From: Patescibacteria group bacterium
GTDB taxonomy: Bacteria; Patescibacteriota; Microgenomatia; UBA1400; UBA1449
Length of the DNA stretch: 64,000 nucleotides
Assembly (NCBI GenBank): GCA_050942955.1
Contig: JBMNOG010000002.1
Location: 32,762-96,761 of the forward strand
Direction of reading: 5' to 3'
Below, one piece after another: positions 38,636 to 50,564 of the stretch. Made by a program: the position numbers and the translations under genes. Every line of letters begins with the position of its first letter. The stretch's first letter is position 1. The notes below the pieces were generated by a model. The model made no database searches. It was not told the origin of the DNA and worked only from the letters and a program-made list of their open reading frames with translations.

Positions 38636-40600
38636 TTATCCGGCACCACCTCCACCACCCCCGCCTCCACCACCCCCGCCTCCGGAAGCACCACCAGAAC
38701 TGCCCACACCTGAAGCTCCAAAGCTTGAAGAAGAGGCGGAAGACAAACTGGATAGAGCATCAGAGATTGAAGAAAGACTGTTAATAGAAGTTACTCCTTC
38801 TCCAAATGTTCCGGAACGAAATACCCCTCCCCAATAAGTAGTTGCTACCTGCTCATCAGACTGTGGAAACTTAACCGGAAACTCTGAAAGAGCTTTAGCT
38901 GAAACACCTAAGGCTGTACCATAGACCAAGTACTTCTCCCAAAGAACAATAGAGTCAATCGGATACTTCTTTGTCTTGCGGTACTCTTCCATATGTTTTT
39001 TGAAAGCCAACCATCGTGCGGCTTCAAGAGCTCCTTTATCAGTCCGTTTTTCTTTGTTGTGATACATGATAGCTGAAATAATTATTCCAAGAAGAGCTGT
39101 AAAAAATCCTACAGCTGATACTAATGCTAACACTGGAGTAGGGGAGGCAGCTAAAAACGCAAATCCAGCAATAGAGCCAAAAAGGGTGATTATTGAAACA
39201 CAAATCCCCCAACCCCACTTAAAGCCATGTGCTATTTGGTCAAAATAATTCTCTTTAAGGTTTTCTTCAAGGACAACATCAGGAAAATCTTTGAAAAATG
39301 TATAGCTTGCTTGTCGGTGATGTTTTACATAGTCAACAATATTATCTAACCCAATAACCGAAATTTTCCCTCCGCCAAAGTCAATCTCACGAGTGCTAAC
39401 CTTATTAAGAAAACTGTAAACATAATCTTGAATTGATGAGAGAGGTTTTTTATTCTCATGAATAGGCACTAAGTAGTAACGGTAGTTTTTAAAAATTAGC
39501 CCCTCTTTCTTTTGTGAGCGCTCAAACTTAAGCACTCTATCCTGTACTAAAGACAAAATTGTAGCCGTAAATGCTTTTGGAGTAAGAGATTTGGTTCCGG
39601 AAAGAAGTTGCTCAATCTGGGCCGGATCAATATCGCTAGGTGGTTCCCAGAGCCTGCCGGACAAGTTAACCTCGGGCAAAGATTTGTCTTTACTATATTT
39701 ATTAAATAACTTAATTTCCTTAACTAGTAGATAAGTCTGCAGAAGAATAAGCATTACCAGTCCTCCTGCTACCAAATAGCCGGTTTGCTTCTGCCTTTGC
39801 TGCTCTCTTACTGTTTTTTCAATAAACTCCTGCTCCTGAGCAATGATAGCTTCTCTGGAGCTAAATCCATTTGCACCACCCGTAAACCAATTTTTAGGCA
39901 TAATAATTCTGGCCTCAAAGAACTTACCTACCGGAAGTCTGCTTACCCCATACTCTACAGTAGTAGGTGAGGGAATACGTACAGTTCCAGATAAAGGCCC
40001 ATGCGCCCATACCATTACTTCATCACTCTGTATAGCCTCAGGCAAGGTCACATAGGCGTCAATATTTCTTTGCTCAATTTCCCATTCATCGCCAACTAGC
40101 TGCCAGTAAAGTTCAGCCACATCTTCATGGAAGGTAACAGCATTATCAACATGGTACCTAAGCTGGAAACTTTTTGTAGTGTTAGAGGCCCGGTAAAACC
40201 ATTTAATATAATATGAGTCTGTATTTTCCTGAATGTAATAGGTTTCCGGAGGACGGTTATTTTCAGCTTGGGTGATTTCCTCCTGCGTAGTCAAAAATCT
40301 GTAGCATTCGTCTACTTCACACACTCTAAGGTTACTCAAAACATACGGCTCAGTCCTGCCCGGATTTCTTGAGGCATCAGGAACCCGTTTGATTTCCTGA
40401 TAAGCAAAAGTAAAACTGCCTTCAAAGTCGTATACCCGCTCTTCCATAACATCCATTGAGCCGTCCTGGTTAAGAACTGCATGGATAGAAACGTCGTCAA
40501 TAGAGTAAGAGTTAGCAACTACTAAAGAAGGGAATCTAAAAGTTAGGGCAATTACTACAGCACAGACTGCTACCGTTTTCAGAAACCTACTGAGCTTCAT
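38636..40600 (-). CDS. DUF2207 family membrane protein
   Basis: [30 protein letters not shown] and a Gly-rich C-terminus. Confidence 0.88.
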   Translation of the reverse strand: MKLSRFLKTVAVCAVVIALTFRFPSLVVANSYSIDDVSIHAVLNQDGSMDVMEERVYDFEGSFTFAYQEIKRVPDASRNPGRTEPYVLSNLRVCEVDECYRFLTTQEEITQAENNRPPETYYIQENTDSYYIKWFYRASNTTKSFQLRYHVDNAVTFHEDVAELYWQLVGDEWEIEQRNIDAYVTLPEAIQSDEVMVWAHGPLSGTVRIPSPTTVEYGVSRLPVGKFFEARIIMPKNWFTGGANGFSSREAIIAQEQEFIEKTVREQQRQKQTGYLVAGGLVMLILLQTYLLVKEIKLFNKYSKDKSLPEVNLSGRLWEPPSDIDPAQIEQLLSGTKSLTPKAFTATILSLVQDRVLKFERSQKKEGLIFKNYRYYLVPIHENKKPLSSIQDYVYSFLNKVSTREIDFGGGKISVIGLDNIVDYVKHHRQASYTFFKDFPDVVLEENLKENYFDQIAHGFKWGWGICVSIITLFGSIAGFAFLAASPTPVLALVSAVGFFTALLGIIISAIMYHNKEKRTDKGALEAARWLAFKKHMEEYRKTKKYPIDSIVLWEKYLVYGTALGVSAKALSEFPVKFPQSDEQVATTYWGGVFRSGTFGEGVTSINSLSSISDALSSLSSASSSSFGASGVGSSGGASGGGGGGGGGGGGGAG

Positions 40601-40745
40601 ATTATCTCATTATAATCATTTCACAACTAAAATGAAGCCAGGCTTCTTTTAGCAAAAACATTTTCGAAAGAAAGCAAAAAGAATTCCAAAAATTCAAAAT
40701 ACTTTTATCCTCCTAAAAAGATATAAATATTTCTTCATTTTCTTG

Positions 40746-42226
40746 CTATGCTTTTTGTTGAGACAAGGGGAGTGCAAAGTAGAATGTGGAACCCTTGCCT
40801 TCCTTACTTTCCAGCCAGGTCTTTCCATTATGCATCTTAATAATTTCGTGGCAGATATACAATCCCAATCCCATTCCCTCAGCCTTTCTTTCTCCATTCT
40901 CTGTACGGTAATACTTCTTAAAAATATGCTTCTGCTTGTCCTTAGGAATTCCAATTCCAAAATCCTGTACACCCACAACTACATACCTATTTTCTTTGGT
41001 TACTTTCAGAATCACTTTCTTTCCTTTAGAAGAGTACTTTACCGCGTTAGCAAGGAAATTTACGATTACTTGCCGTATCCGTTCTTTGTTGCCAAACAGA
41101 TTAATCCCGGCTTTGCCCCTTAAGACAATCTCCGTTCTTTCTACAGTTAACTGAAAATCTTTCACTGTTTGCGCTATTACTTCGTCAAGACTAAATTCAG
41201 CTAAATCGAAAGCTAGCTTTCCTGCTTCAATTTTACTTACATCCAGAAGTTCATTGATAAGATTAGTAATTATATTTACTTGAGTATTAATTTTATTTGC
41301 CATCTCTGCGTTTTCAAAATCACCGGCTTTCTGTAGGTTTCTTGTTAGCAACTGAGCATACGCTTTTGTACTGGTGACAGGATTCTTCAACTCATGGCTT
41401 GCCATACCAATAAACTCATCTTTTCTTTTATTAAGTTTCTCGACCTCAAGAAAAAGCAAGTTATATGGTTGTGTCAGACCTATCTGAATAATTGCTTTGT
41501 ACAGCAAATAGTAGGACATAAGTTTCAGAATATGACCTGTCATATTAAAAATATCATAGACATCAACATAAAAAGTAAAGGCTAGTTCGGAAAAAATACT
41601 TAGAAACAAAAATGATGTAAGCAGACTGTACACCTTTTTATCAAAGCAATCCTTAAATTTTTCCAAGATAATAATGGCAGCTAAAAATATTCCTGAAATT
41701 ATGTATTCACTAATTATTTTAAAGGCGGTCAACCCTGAACCTTCTACATACGCTACTGGAAAAACCTGCAAGTGGAAAATTGAAAGTACCAGTATGGTCA
41801 CTATAGAGCCATATATCAATAAAATATAAGCAAAATTAATCTTTTTATTTATAAAAAGAGGGGATATTAGAAAGGAAACAGCTAACAAGTATCTATCGGC
41901 AATCCATAGTTGTGTGGGTAAATTTGCATCAAATCCGGAAAAATATTCATCCCTTTATAAGAAAGGATGTGAAGAAAATCAATAATACCGACAAAAAGAA
42001 GAGAAGTGCTTATAAATAGAAAATAACTGTTCTTTGTTATTTTCCTTGCATTCCAGGCAAACAGAAAGACACTCAGAGCAACCAGGCTGCTTAAAAATTC
42101 GGACAGTGAATGAAAAAGGAGATAACTATAGGTTCGTGTCAGATATAGAGAAGCAGTAAAAGCAAAAATTATGAGGATTGTATATAAATACGATTTTCTT
42201 TTGGAACTTATTTTTATATTCTGCAT
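40746..42226 (-). pseudogene. MASE3-domain sensor histidine kinase, split by a 1-nt frameshift near 41940
   Basis: ...SYKGMNIF continues in another frame as FDANLPTQLWIADRYLLA; downstream HisKA (ASHELKNP) and HATPase domains are intact. Confidence 0.8.
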
Positions 42227-42366
42227 TAGATGGAATTATAGCAGAATTGTTTAAATAGACATCCTTTTTACAACATCTCTAGATAGTCAAGCGCAATTTT
42301 TTATTTACGGATTTTGCACTTAAAACGCTAGAATGTTAGCACTTTTAGGATTTCACAGAAAGCAAA

Positions 42367-43113
42367 TTAGACTTCAATCTTTGAAAATAAATATGTGCCC
42401 ACTAAAAGGAGAAAGCTGGTTAAAACCATCAAAACCCCAATGTCCGTTACAAGCGGAAACTGGTTTTGACCAATAAGGGCAGCCCGAAGCCCATCTACAC
42501 CATACGTTAACGGATCAATCCTGACTAAAATGGCCATAAAAGCCGGGAGTCCGGTTAAGGGAAAAATAGCTCCAGATAGAAAGAATAAGGGCATTACCAG
42601 AAAGTTCATAATGAGCTGAAATCCCTGCATATCTTCAAGTTGAGAAGCTATTGCTGTTCCAAGCGAAGTAAAGGCTAGAGCTGTTAAAAACATTACCAGA
42701 AGTGCCAACATAACTCCCGAAAAACTTAAAGGCCGAAACCCAATAACGGTAGCCAGTACTAACACAATAATACCCTGCAATGTTGCAATAGATGCCCCGC
42801 CCAAAGACCTCCCAATCATAATCTGGTAGCGTGGCACAGGTGAAACCAAGGTCTCTTTAAGAAATCCAAACTGCCTGTCCCAAATAATCTCAATACCTGA
42901 AAAAATTGCAGTAAAAATAATTGTCATAGCAATAATTCCCGGAGTCAGAAACTGAAGATAATCACCTCTGCCGGCATCTCTGAAAACCGGATTAAGCCCA
43001 AAACCCAAAGCTACTAAATAAAGGAGAGGTTGGCCGATAGATCCAATAATTCTGGCTCTTCTTCTGAAAAACCGTTTGAGTTGTCTTAACCATAAAATAT
43101 ACACTGCGCTCAT
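42367..43113 (-). CDS. ABC-2 type transporter permease (DrrB-like)
   Basis: WDRQFGFLKE.LVSP, FLSGAIFP and PLTYGVDGLR. Confidence 0.9.
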   Translation of the reverse strand: MSAVYILWLRQLKRFFRRRARIIGSIGQPLLYLVALGFGLNPVFRDAGRGDYLQFLTPGIIAMTIIFTAIFSGIEIIWDRQFGFLKETLVSPVPRYQIMIGRSLGGASIATLQGIIVLVLATVIGFRPLSFSGVMLALLVMFLTALAFTSLGTAIASQLEDMQGFQLIMNFLVMPLFFLSGAIFPLTGLPAFMAILVRIDPLTYGVDGLRAALIGQNQFPLVTDIGVLMVLTSFLLLVGTYLFSKIEV

Positions 43114-43910
43114 TTTCTGCCTCCTCTCCACAGCCGTCTTCTTAACCTCAGTTTATCAACTCCGGTTACCTTTTCTTCCCTAATTTCCCTTCCTGTTAGT
43201 TCAATAAATGCTTCTTCTAGAGTTTTTTTCTTGGTTTTTTTCTTAAGCTCCTGAGATGATCCTTGAGCAATAATTTTACCTCTGTCGATGATGGCAATGG
43301 TCTGAGCAAATCTTTCAGCTTCATCCATGTAGTGAGTAGTAAAGAAGATTGTGATCTTTTCTTCTTTATTAAGTTTCTGCAGATACTCCCAAATACGATT
43401 ACGTGTTTGTGGATCCAACCCTAGTGTCGGTTCATCTAAGAAAAATATCTGCGGATGGTGAAGAAGTCCTCTCGCAATTTCCAGTCTTCGCTTCATTCCT
43501 CCTGAAAACGTATCTACTAAGTTATCCCTCCTATCCCAAAGTTCAACAAATTTAAGCAGTTCTTCCATACGCTGCCTTCTAAGTTTTTTGGGAACTTTAT
43601 ACAAAACTCCATGAAACTCCAGGTTTTCCCACGCTGTTAACTCATCATCAAGACTTGGGTCTTGAAAAACAATACCAAACGTCTCTCTGACTTTTTGCGG
43701 ATCTTTAATAACAGAAATACGGTTAAGTTCAATCTCTCCGTCAGTAGGACGCAAAAGAGTAGTCAGCATTTTAATTGTCGTAGTTTTCCCAGCCCCATTA
43801 GGCCCCAGGAAAGCAAACATCTCACCTTTCTTAACACCAAAGCTGATGCCATTAACTGCTACAAATTCATTGTACTTTTTAGTTACGTTGTTTACAGAAA
43901 TCATGGTCAT
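43110..43910 (-). CDS. ABC transporter ATP-binding protein (DrrA-like)
   Basis: GPNGAGKTT, FSGGMKRR, LDEPTLGLDP and TTHYMDEA. Confidence 0.93.
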   Translation of the reverse strand: MTMISVNNVTKKYNEFVAVNGISFGVKKGEMFAFLGPNGAGKTTTIKMLTTLLRPTDGEIELNRISVIKDPQKVRETFGIVFQDPSLDDELTAWENLEFHGVLYKVPKKLRRQRMEELLKFVELWDRRDNLVDTFSGGMKRRLEIARGLLHHPQIFFLDEPTLGLDPQTRNRIWEYLQKLNKEEKITIFFTTHYMDEAERFAQTIAIIDRGKIIAQGSSQELKKKTKKKTLEEAFIELTGREIREEKVTGVDKLRLRRRLWRGGRK

Positions 43911-44326
43911 AAACACTTATTCCTCTACTTCTAACGTTAAGACTTTAATAGTTTACTGTTGCCCGATATCACAAGCAAGAGTTAAAGCTTGTGTTCCATT
44001 TAGCACTAAACCTCTTACTTGCAAACACTTGGGACATTTTTATTAGATAAGCAGTATTACAGTAATCAGTAACACTGATGGAATAGAGTAACGAGATCCA
44101 GTCTAAGAATGGACTATAAGTTTATATAGATATTTCAGCTTTAATCATAAAAATAAGCAGAAATAATACTATCAGCTCAACATAAAAAAACAGTGAAGAG
44201 TTGCAGTTACTTATTCCTAGACATCTTTTCAAGCAAAGTGTAATAATCACTATGTACCAATAAACTCAACACAGTTATTTATGGAGTTGAAGAACTAAGT
44301 CAACAAAAATTCTTAAGTTTAATTTA

Positions 44327-44881
44327 TTAAAGCAGTAAGTGGTCAATAAGAATTTTTATCCCAATACCAAGAAGAGTTAGACCACCAATTACTTCTGCTT
44401 TCCTTCCTAGCTTGTTTTTAAAGACTGTTCCCACATAAACTCCAAGCAGTGAAAATAGCAATGCTATAATTCCAATCACTCCAACTGTTTGAAATAAGTG
44501 TGTTCCTAAAAATGCCAATCCCACACCTACTGCAAGAGCATCAATACTGGTCGCGATAGCCAGATAGAGAATTTGCCGTAACCCAATCAACTCAACCATC
44601 TTTTCTCTTCCTTCAGTCACCTCACTCTCAACAATAGATTTCAAGCCAATAACAGCAAGAAGAATAAATGCAATCCAATGGTCTATATTAATAACAAAGT
44701 ACTTAAACATATCCCCAAGAAGCCAGCCAAAAAGAGGAGCAAACGTATGAAAACTGCCAAAAATAAGGCTGCTGGTTAATGCTTTTCTGGCAATGTGTTT
44801 TTTATATGTTTCGCCAAGAGCAACTGAAACGGCAAACGCATCCATAGATAAACCAACAGCGGTTGCAAAAAGATAAAGCAT
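44327..44881 (-). CDS. mntP: Manganese efflux pump MntP family
   Basis: GLSMDAFAVS, DHWIAF and AIATSIDALAVG. Confidence 0.88.
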   Translation of the reverse strand: MLYLFATAVGLSMDAFAVSVALGETYKKHIARKALTSSLIFGSFHTFAPLFGWLLGDMFKYFVINIDHWIAFILLAVIGLKSIVESEVTEGREKMVELIGLRQILYLAIATSIDALAVGVGLAFLGTHLFQTVGVIGIIALLFSLLGVYVGTVFKNKLGRKAEVIGGLTLLGIGIKILIDHLLL

Positions 44882-44973
44882 ATTATTATTGTAGGGAAGT
44901 GACTGACTGTTTCCCAATTTAATCTTCTATGTTATCCCATTAAAAATAGACTTAAAAATAATTTCCGATTATT

Positions 44974-46467
44974 TTACTTTTTTATTTCGTAGAAGAATAT
45001 ATTCAGCCCGCAGACTGGATATGTTTTTACTAAGGTAAGGTCAGGTGTAGCAGTAAATTCCCAACGATTAGCTTCGTAGATATCCTGCTCGCTAGCTGCC
45101 AGGACATACAAAGAATCCAATCCTTCATAGTGGAACTCATCTTGCGGTTTCACCAAAGTATCTTTCAACAAAAAGTAGCGCAGTGCCAAAGCTCTAGCTT
45201 CTCCGGTAATATTCTGGGTAACGTTGTACTTCCCTTGGGGCTTTTGATCAATAATTATCTTTGCAGCTTCTCTCAGGCAGGGGAAGGAAACAAAAGTGCT
45301 GCTGGTTTGCGGAACAGCAGTTACTATCGATAAAGATGAAAACAATACAGGAACAAAAACTGCCGCCCTTAGCCAGTAGGGCTTGATCATAAAAGCTGCT
45401 TCAGAGATAAACCAGATAATTAGAGGGTAAACACTGAAAACATACCGCATGTAAAAACCAATGCCTGAACCTGATAAAAGTATAAGAAATGGAGTAAGGG
45501 AAAGTATGATTAGCATTTTCCGTTTTTTATTATTCTGCACTAAATGCCAACCCACATACCCAATAGCCAGGCAAATTGGTATAGCAATAGCTCTAGAAGA
45601 AAGATTGAGAAGTCGCGTAAACTCCAACTCTCCATTTTCTAAACCTAAAGGTATAGCCACAAAAGCGTTTACAGCTTTAAAAAAAATAAAAAATGTCCTT
45701 CGGCTAGTTTCAAGATTGTCACTCTGCGTAACGTTATGTATTAAAGCGTTTGTTAAATAAAATTCATTTTTTGCCTCAAAGTAAATTAGGGGCAGAAGGC
45801 CAATCAATAATCCAAGTAAACCAACCGCAAACTTTTTCCAGTTTCTTGTTGCTAGTAAAACTAATAGGAGAAACAAAAAGGGGACTATAGCTACATAGTG
45901 TAAATAAAACATCATAGTGGCAACTAAGCCCGCACCAAATACCATTAGTAAATTGTATGTTTTGTTATCCTCCTTCGATCTTACCCAAAGGTACCAAAAC
46001 AGCACTGCAAGTGGGATTATTAAATTTGGATTCCAGAAAAAGCGAGCATGGAGCACTGTTAAAGGCGATACTGCATACAGCAGTGTTGCAAAAAGAGCTT
46101 GCTTTTTTTGCTGAGTAAGTCTCATGATTAAATCATAAAATAGTGGAATTGATAGAGTAAACAACAGTGTGTTTGGTAGAACAGCTCCTAAAGGGTCAAA
46201 TTTTGTGATGAGTAAACCCAGTATTCCAATGTAAAGGGAAAGTGAGCTGAAGTATAATTCTCTGGTTGTGTACTGACCAAAAGACAAAGGTGGACCTACA
46301 AACGTAACTTCCTTTTTTTGCCATAGTTCTAAAGCTCTCAACATATCCCGGGAGGAGTCGTGCGAAAACATAAAGTTCTTATCCAGGTGATGCGTATATA
46401 AAAACAGCCCAACAATCATGATTACAACGACTACCCACACTTGTCGCAATTTATGAAACCATTTCAT
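44974..46467 (-). CDS. ArnT/PMT-like (GT39/GT83) membrane glycosyltransferase
   Basis: DSSRD, GPP and RFFWNPN motifs; multiple TM helices. Confidence 0.78.
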   Translation of the reverse strand: MKWFHKLRQVWVVVVIMIVGLFLYTHHLDKNFMFSHDSSRDMLRALELWQKKEVTFVGPPLSFGQYTTRELYFSSLSLYIGILGLLITKFDPLGAVLPNTLLFTLSIPLFYDLIMRLTQQKKQALFATLLYAVSPLTVLHARFFWNPNLIIPLAVLFWYLWVRSKEDNKTYNLLMVFGAGLVATMMFYLHYVAIVPFLFLLLVLLATRNWKKFAVGLLGLLIGLLPLIYFEAKNEFYLTNALIHNVTQSDNLETSRRTFFIFFKAVNAFVAIPLGLENGELEFTRLLNLSSRAIAIPICLAIGYVGWHLVQNNKKRKMLIILSLTPFLILLSGSGIGFYMRYVFSVYPLIIWFISEAAFMIKPYWLRAAVFVPVLFSSLSIVTAVPQTSSTFVSFPCLREAAKIIIDQKPQGKYNVTQNITGEARALALRYFLLKDTLVKPQDEFHYEGLDSLYVLAASEQDIYEANRWEFTATPDLTLVKTYPVCGLNIFFYEIKK

Positions 46468-46552
46468 AGTTTGATTGTAATTAACTTGACTAGTATTTCC
46501 TAGAATGTCTTTAGTCGTAAGGCCGCAAGAAAGCATATGTTAGAATGTGGCC

Positions 46553-46881
46553 ATGACTACTACTGCAAACAGCCTCATAAAAAACCCAAAAAGGTAGCTG
46601 ACATGGTCACCTATCATGAAGATGCCGTGGTAAGTAGGGAAATCATAAAAACCCAAAATACCACAGTAATCCTGTTCGCCTTTGACAAATCCCAAGGACT
46701 AACCGAGCACACTACACCTTATGACGCTTTAGTTCAATTAATTGAAGGCAATGCAGAAATCATTATTGATAGGAAAATATACAATGTAAAAGAGGGTGAG
46801 ATGATTATTATGCCTGCTAACCATCCCCACACAGTCAACGCCAAAGAAAAATTCAAGATGCTTCTTATAATGGCAAAGTAG
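46553..46881 (+). CDS. Cupin domain protein (5' end probably frameshifted in an A-run)
   Basis: VVSREII, LFAFDKSQGLTEHT and MPANHPH; ATG 46553 follows TGTTAGAAT but is 1 nt out of frame. Confidence 0.8.
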
Positions 46882-47002
46882 TGTCAAGTTCCTAAACGAC
46901 TACGATCAAGTAAACTGTTTCTACGTTTGTATTCTCAACTCTTTATGCTTTAGGCAAACGAGAGTATAATACATTTTTTGGCCTCAATAAGGGGCTATAT
47001 TT

Positions 47003-48823
47003 ATGGACAAAAATAATATACGCAACATCGCTATCATCGCCCACGTTGATCATGGGAAAACTACATTAGTTGATCACATGCTCAAGCAGGCACACACCTT
47101 CGCCGATTACCAGGTCGAGATGCAACAGGAAACTATCCTTGATTCGCAAGACCTGGAGCGGGAGAGGGGTGTAACAATTTTGGCTAAAAACACAGCCATA
47201 GAATGGAACGGCTATAAAATAAATATTCTCGATACTCCGGGACATGCCGATTTTTCCGGCGAAGTTGAGCGGGTACTAAACATGGCTGAAGGCTGCATTT
47301 TACTTGTTGATGCTGCTGAAGGAGTGCTATCTCAAACCAGATACGTTTTATCGTTAGCCCTTAACCTTCATCTAAAACCAATCGTCATTATTAACAAAAT
47401 TGACAGGAAAGACGAACGTTCACAGGAAGTATTGCAGGAAATAAACGACCTTTTCCTAGACCTTGCCAGTGATTCAGACCAGCTTGAGTTTCCGGTACTT
47501 TACGCTATTGGCCGCAGGGGAATTGTGGGTACAAAAACGCAGAAAAGCGCTGACAATTCTCTGACTGTCACTGACGCTACGGATTTATCTTTGCTGTTTG
47601 AGACTATCATCGATTCAATCCCTGCTCCTACAGGTGAGGTAGACAAACCCTTCCAAATGCAGGTGACCACCCTTGATTATGACAGCCACAAAGGCCGCTA
47701 CGTTATCGGTAAAATTACTCAGGGGAAAGTGTCTAAAAATGAGCCACTTCTGATTATGAGAGAGAATACTAAAATCGGACAGTCCCGAGTAGAGTACCTG
47801 TATACGTTTAAAGGCCTTAAAAAACAAGAAATTTCTGAAGCCTCAGTGGGTGACATTATCGCTATTACGGGGTTTGGTGAAGCAAAAATTGGTGATACAA
47901 TTACCAGCCTTAATAATCCTCACGGGCTTCCAAACTTAGCAATTTCTGAACCCACTCTTAAGGTCCAGTTTTCTGTTTCCACTTCACCTTTTGTTGGCAG
48001 AGACGGAGAGTTTACCACCTCCCGTCAAATCGGTAACCGCTTAAAGAAAGAGGTCGAAACTAATGTGAGTTTGCGGATTGAACCCGACTCAACGGGTGAT
48101 AGTTTTATTGTTTGCGGCAGAGGGGAACTTCACCTGTCAATTCTGATTGAGACAATGCGGCGCGAAGGGTTTGAGTTGTCTGTTGCCAGACCGGAGGTTA
48201 TTTCCAAAGAAATTGACGGAGTGACTCATGAACCATACGAAAGATTATTTATTGAAGTGCCGGAAAACTACTCAGGAACTGTGATAAATGCTCTCGGTCC
48301 CAGAAAAGCAGAGTTAGTTAATATGACTAACCTTAAATCAGGAGTCCAGTTTGAGTACAAAATTGCTACCCGAAATCTAATTGGCTTTAGAAGCGAACTC
48401 CTTACTGCTACTTCCGGTCTTTGCGTCATTCACTCAGAGTTCATGGGATATGAACCTAAAGGAGAAGATATTCCTTTCATGCGCAACGGTGCTATCGTTT
48501 CCTCTGAGACCGGACAAGCTTTGGCATACAGTATTGAAAATTTGCAAAATAGAGGCATTTCATTTGTAAATCCGGGTGAAGAAGTTTATAGGGGAATGAT
48601 CGTGGGCTTAAGCAGCCGGAAAGAAGATATGTACATGAATGTTTGCAAAGGAAAGAAACTGACCAACATGCGTGCTGCAGCGGCTGATGCAACTATCAAA
48701 CTCACCCCAGCTACAAAGATGTCTCTTGAACAGTGTATTACCTTTATCGGCCCTGATGAGCTTCTGGAGGTAACTCCAAAACACTTACGCTTAAGAAAAA
48801 AGGTCTTAGTAGTAAAACGGTAA
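47003..48823 (+). CDS. typA: Translational GTPase TypA/BipA
   Basis: IAHVDHGKTT, LERERG, DTPGHADF, GRGELHL and KKLTNMRA. Confidence 0.96.
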   Translation: MDKNNIRNIAIIAHVDHGKTTLVDHMLKQAHTFADYQVEMQQETILDSQDLERERGVTILAKNTAIEWNGYKINILDTPGHADFSGEVERVLNMAEGCILLVDAAEGVLSQTRYVLSLALNLHLKPIVIINKIDRKDERSQEVLQEINDLFLDLASDSDQLEFPVLYAIGRRGIVGTKTQKSADNSLTVTDATDLSLLFETIIDSIPAPTGEVDKPFQMQVTTLDYDSHKGRYVIGKITQGKVSKNEPLLIMRENTKIGQSRVEYLYTFKGLKKQEISEASVGDIIAITGFGEAKIGDTITSLNNPHGLPNLAISEPTLKVQFSVSTSPFVGRDGEFTTSRQIGNRLKKEVETNVSLRIEPDSTGDSFIVCGRGELHLSILIETMRREGFELSVARPEVISKEIDGVTHEPYERLFIEVPENYSGTVINALGPRKAELVNMTNLKSGVQFEYKIATRNLIGFRSELLTATSGLCVIHSEFMGYEPKGEDIPFMRNGAIVSSETGQALAYSIENLQNRGISFVNPGEEVYRGMIVGLSSRKEDMYMNVCKGKKLTNMRAAAADATIKLTPATKMSLEQCITFIGPDELLEVTPKHLRLRKKVLVVKR

Positions 48824-48915
48824 GCTGAAGTAGAGCACTCACAGAAACAATTAGATTTTCCTACACAAGTAGCTACATTGCAGTTTTTCTTTGTCCAATA
48901 CTATAATGTCTGAAT

Positions 48916-50397
48916 ATGATAAAGGCACTAAATATATCATTTTCATACGGAGAAAAACCGATATTTACTAAAACTAGTTTCACAGTAGGTAACAATCAGA
49001 AAGTTGGCTTAGTTGGACCAAACGGTGCCGGCAAGTCAACGTTGTTTAATCTTCTTACACAGCGTGAGTTTCCGGAAGAGGGCAGCATTACTGTTGATGG
49101 CATTGTCGAACTAGTGCCTCAAGAGGTAAAACAGGATAAAGTTCTGGAACACGCCAAAACTATCAGAGATTACATTGACTGTGGACATCAAAAACAAAAG
49201 TACGAACTGCTTAAAATTCTTGAAGGTTTAGAGCTAGGAAACTTTAAACTGGAGCAAAAGCCTCTCAATCTCAGTGGGGGACAGAAAACAAAACTTGCTA
49301 TCGCCCGGGTACTGATCCTGGAGCCGGATATTCTTCTTTTAGATGAGCCGACAAATTTTATGGATACTGCCGGAAAAAGATGGGTTATGGATTTTTTAAG
49401 TCGGTATCCCAAGACTGTTTTGCTTGTATCCCACGACTTACCCCTTATCAACAACTCTATTGATAAGGTACTTGCTATTAATATCCAGTACCAAACAATC
49501 GAAGAGTACAACGGGAACTACCAAACCTTCCAGAAGTTGAAGAAACAGCGGGATGAGCTTCTGCGCAGGCAAATTCAAAACGAACAAAAACATATTGCCC
49601 GGATGAAGGAGAGTCTCGTAAAAATGGCTAGATTTACGTCAAAAAAAGGAGTCAGACAGCGTACCATGCTCAAAAAACGTATTCAAAAACTTGAAGATAC
49701 GCTGCCAGAATTACCACAGGAAGTAAAAAGGATTAAACTAAGACTCCCAGAACCGTCGCACATCGGCCAATTACCTCTCATGCTTAAACATATCAGCAAG
49801 TCTTATGGTACTAACCCAGTTTTAACTGACGTTTCTCTATCTGTTCAAAGAGGGGAGAGAATTGCTCTCATTGGTCCAAATGGGGCTGGCAAGAGTACTC
49901 TTATTAAAGTGGCGTTGGGAATCCTTGAACCTGATAGTGGCCAAATAAATCGGAATGAAAACCTTAAGATCGGTTACTACTCTCAGGAATTTGAAGCCTT
50001 TGACATGAACTTAACACTTATGCAGACAATGGAGGAAAAAGCCCATCTTTCGGAAAAGCTATCTAGAGGAGTACTGGCTAGATTTATGTTTCCAAGAGAA
50101 AAAGTAAATCAAAGAGTGGGAACCCTTTCGGGAGGCGAAAAAACGAGATTATCCATTGCCTTGCTTTTACTTAAAGTAAATAACTTACTGGTTCTTGATG
50201 AACCTACCACGTACCTTGATGTTATGTCTCAGCGTGTAATTCTTGATGCTCTAAAAGAGTACAAAGGAACAATGCTAGTTGTTTCCCACACCCGAGAATT
50301 TATCGAAGAACTTAAGCCTTCACGGGCTTTATTTCTACCTCAAAATAGAGTCGCCTTCTGGGAACCAGAGATGGCGAAGTTTGTCAGCAGAGTATAG
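48916..50397 (+). CDS. ABC-F family ATPase
   Basis: Two ABC cassettes (GPNGAGKST/LSGG/LDEPT) with a coiled linker and no TM segment. Confidence 0.9.
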   Translation: MIKALNISFSYGEKPIFTKTSFTVGNNQKVGLVGPNGAGKSTLFNLLTQREFPEEGSITVDGIVELVPQEVKQDKVLEHAKTIRDYIDCGHQKQKYELLKILEGLELGNFKLEQKPLNLSGGQKTKLAIARVLILEPDILLLDEPTNFMDTAGKRWVMDFLSRYPKTVLLVSHDLPLINNSIDKVLAINIQYQTIEEYNGNYQTFQKLKKQRDELLRRQIQNEQKHIARMKESLVKMARFTSKKGVRQRTMLKKRIQKLEDTLPELPQEVKRIKLRLPEPSHIGQLPLMLKHISKSYGTNPVLTDVSLSVQRGERIALIGPNGAGKSTLIKVALGILEPDSGQINRNENLKIGYYSQEFEAFDMNLTLMQTMEEKAHLSEKLSRGVLARFMFPREKVNQRVGTLSGGEKTRLSIALLLLKVNNLLVLDEPTTYLDVMSQRVILDALKEYKGTMLVVSHTREFIEELKPSRALFLPQNRVAFWEPEMAKFVSRV

Positions 50398-50564
50398 AAA
50401 GTCCGCTATTATAACCCTTTCCAAGCAACTAACTGGTAGTATATACTGCAACTGCATGTACCGCCTACAGAATAAGGTAATTTCAGTATTTCTTTCTTTA
50501 TACCTATCTTTTCTCCTTGAAGATGAGATTTTTCTTTTTAATAACAAGTACCTAAGGAGATCTC

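Noticed and set aside
38636-38740. GC-rich CCACC/CCGCC repeats
   Set aside because: They encode the ordinary poly-Gly tail of DUF2207; the upstream extension of the msrB ORF is a shadow of it.
43920-44326. ~400-bp intergenic region as a possible ncRNA or small gene
   Set aside because: No tRNA arms, convincing stems or credible ORF could be seen by eye; a covariance-model search would be needed.
44882-44973. yybP-ykoY manganese riboswitch expected before mntP
   Set aside because: TACAAT lies 6 nt from the ATG, leaving no leader, and no matching structure is visible.
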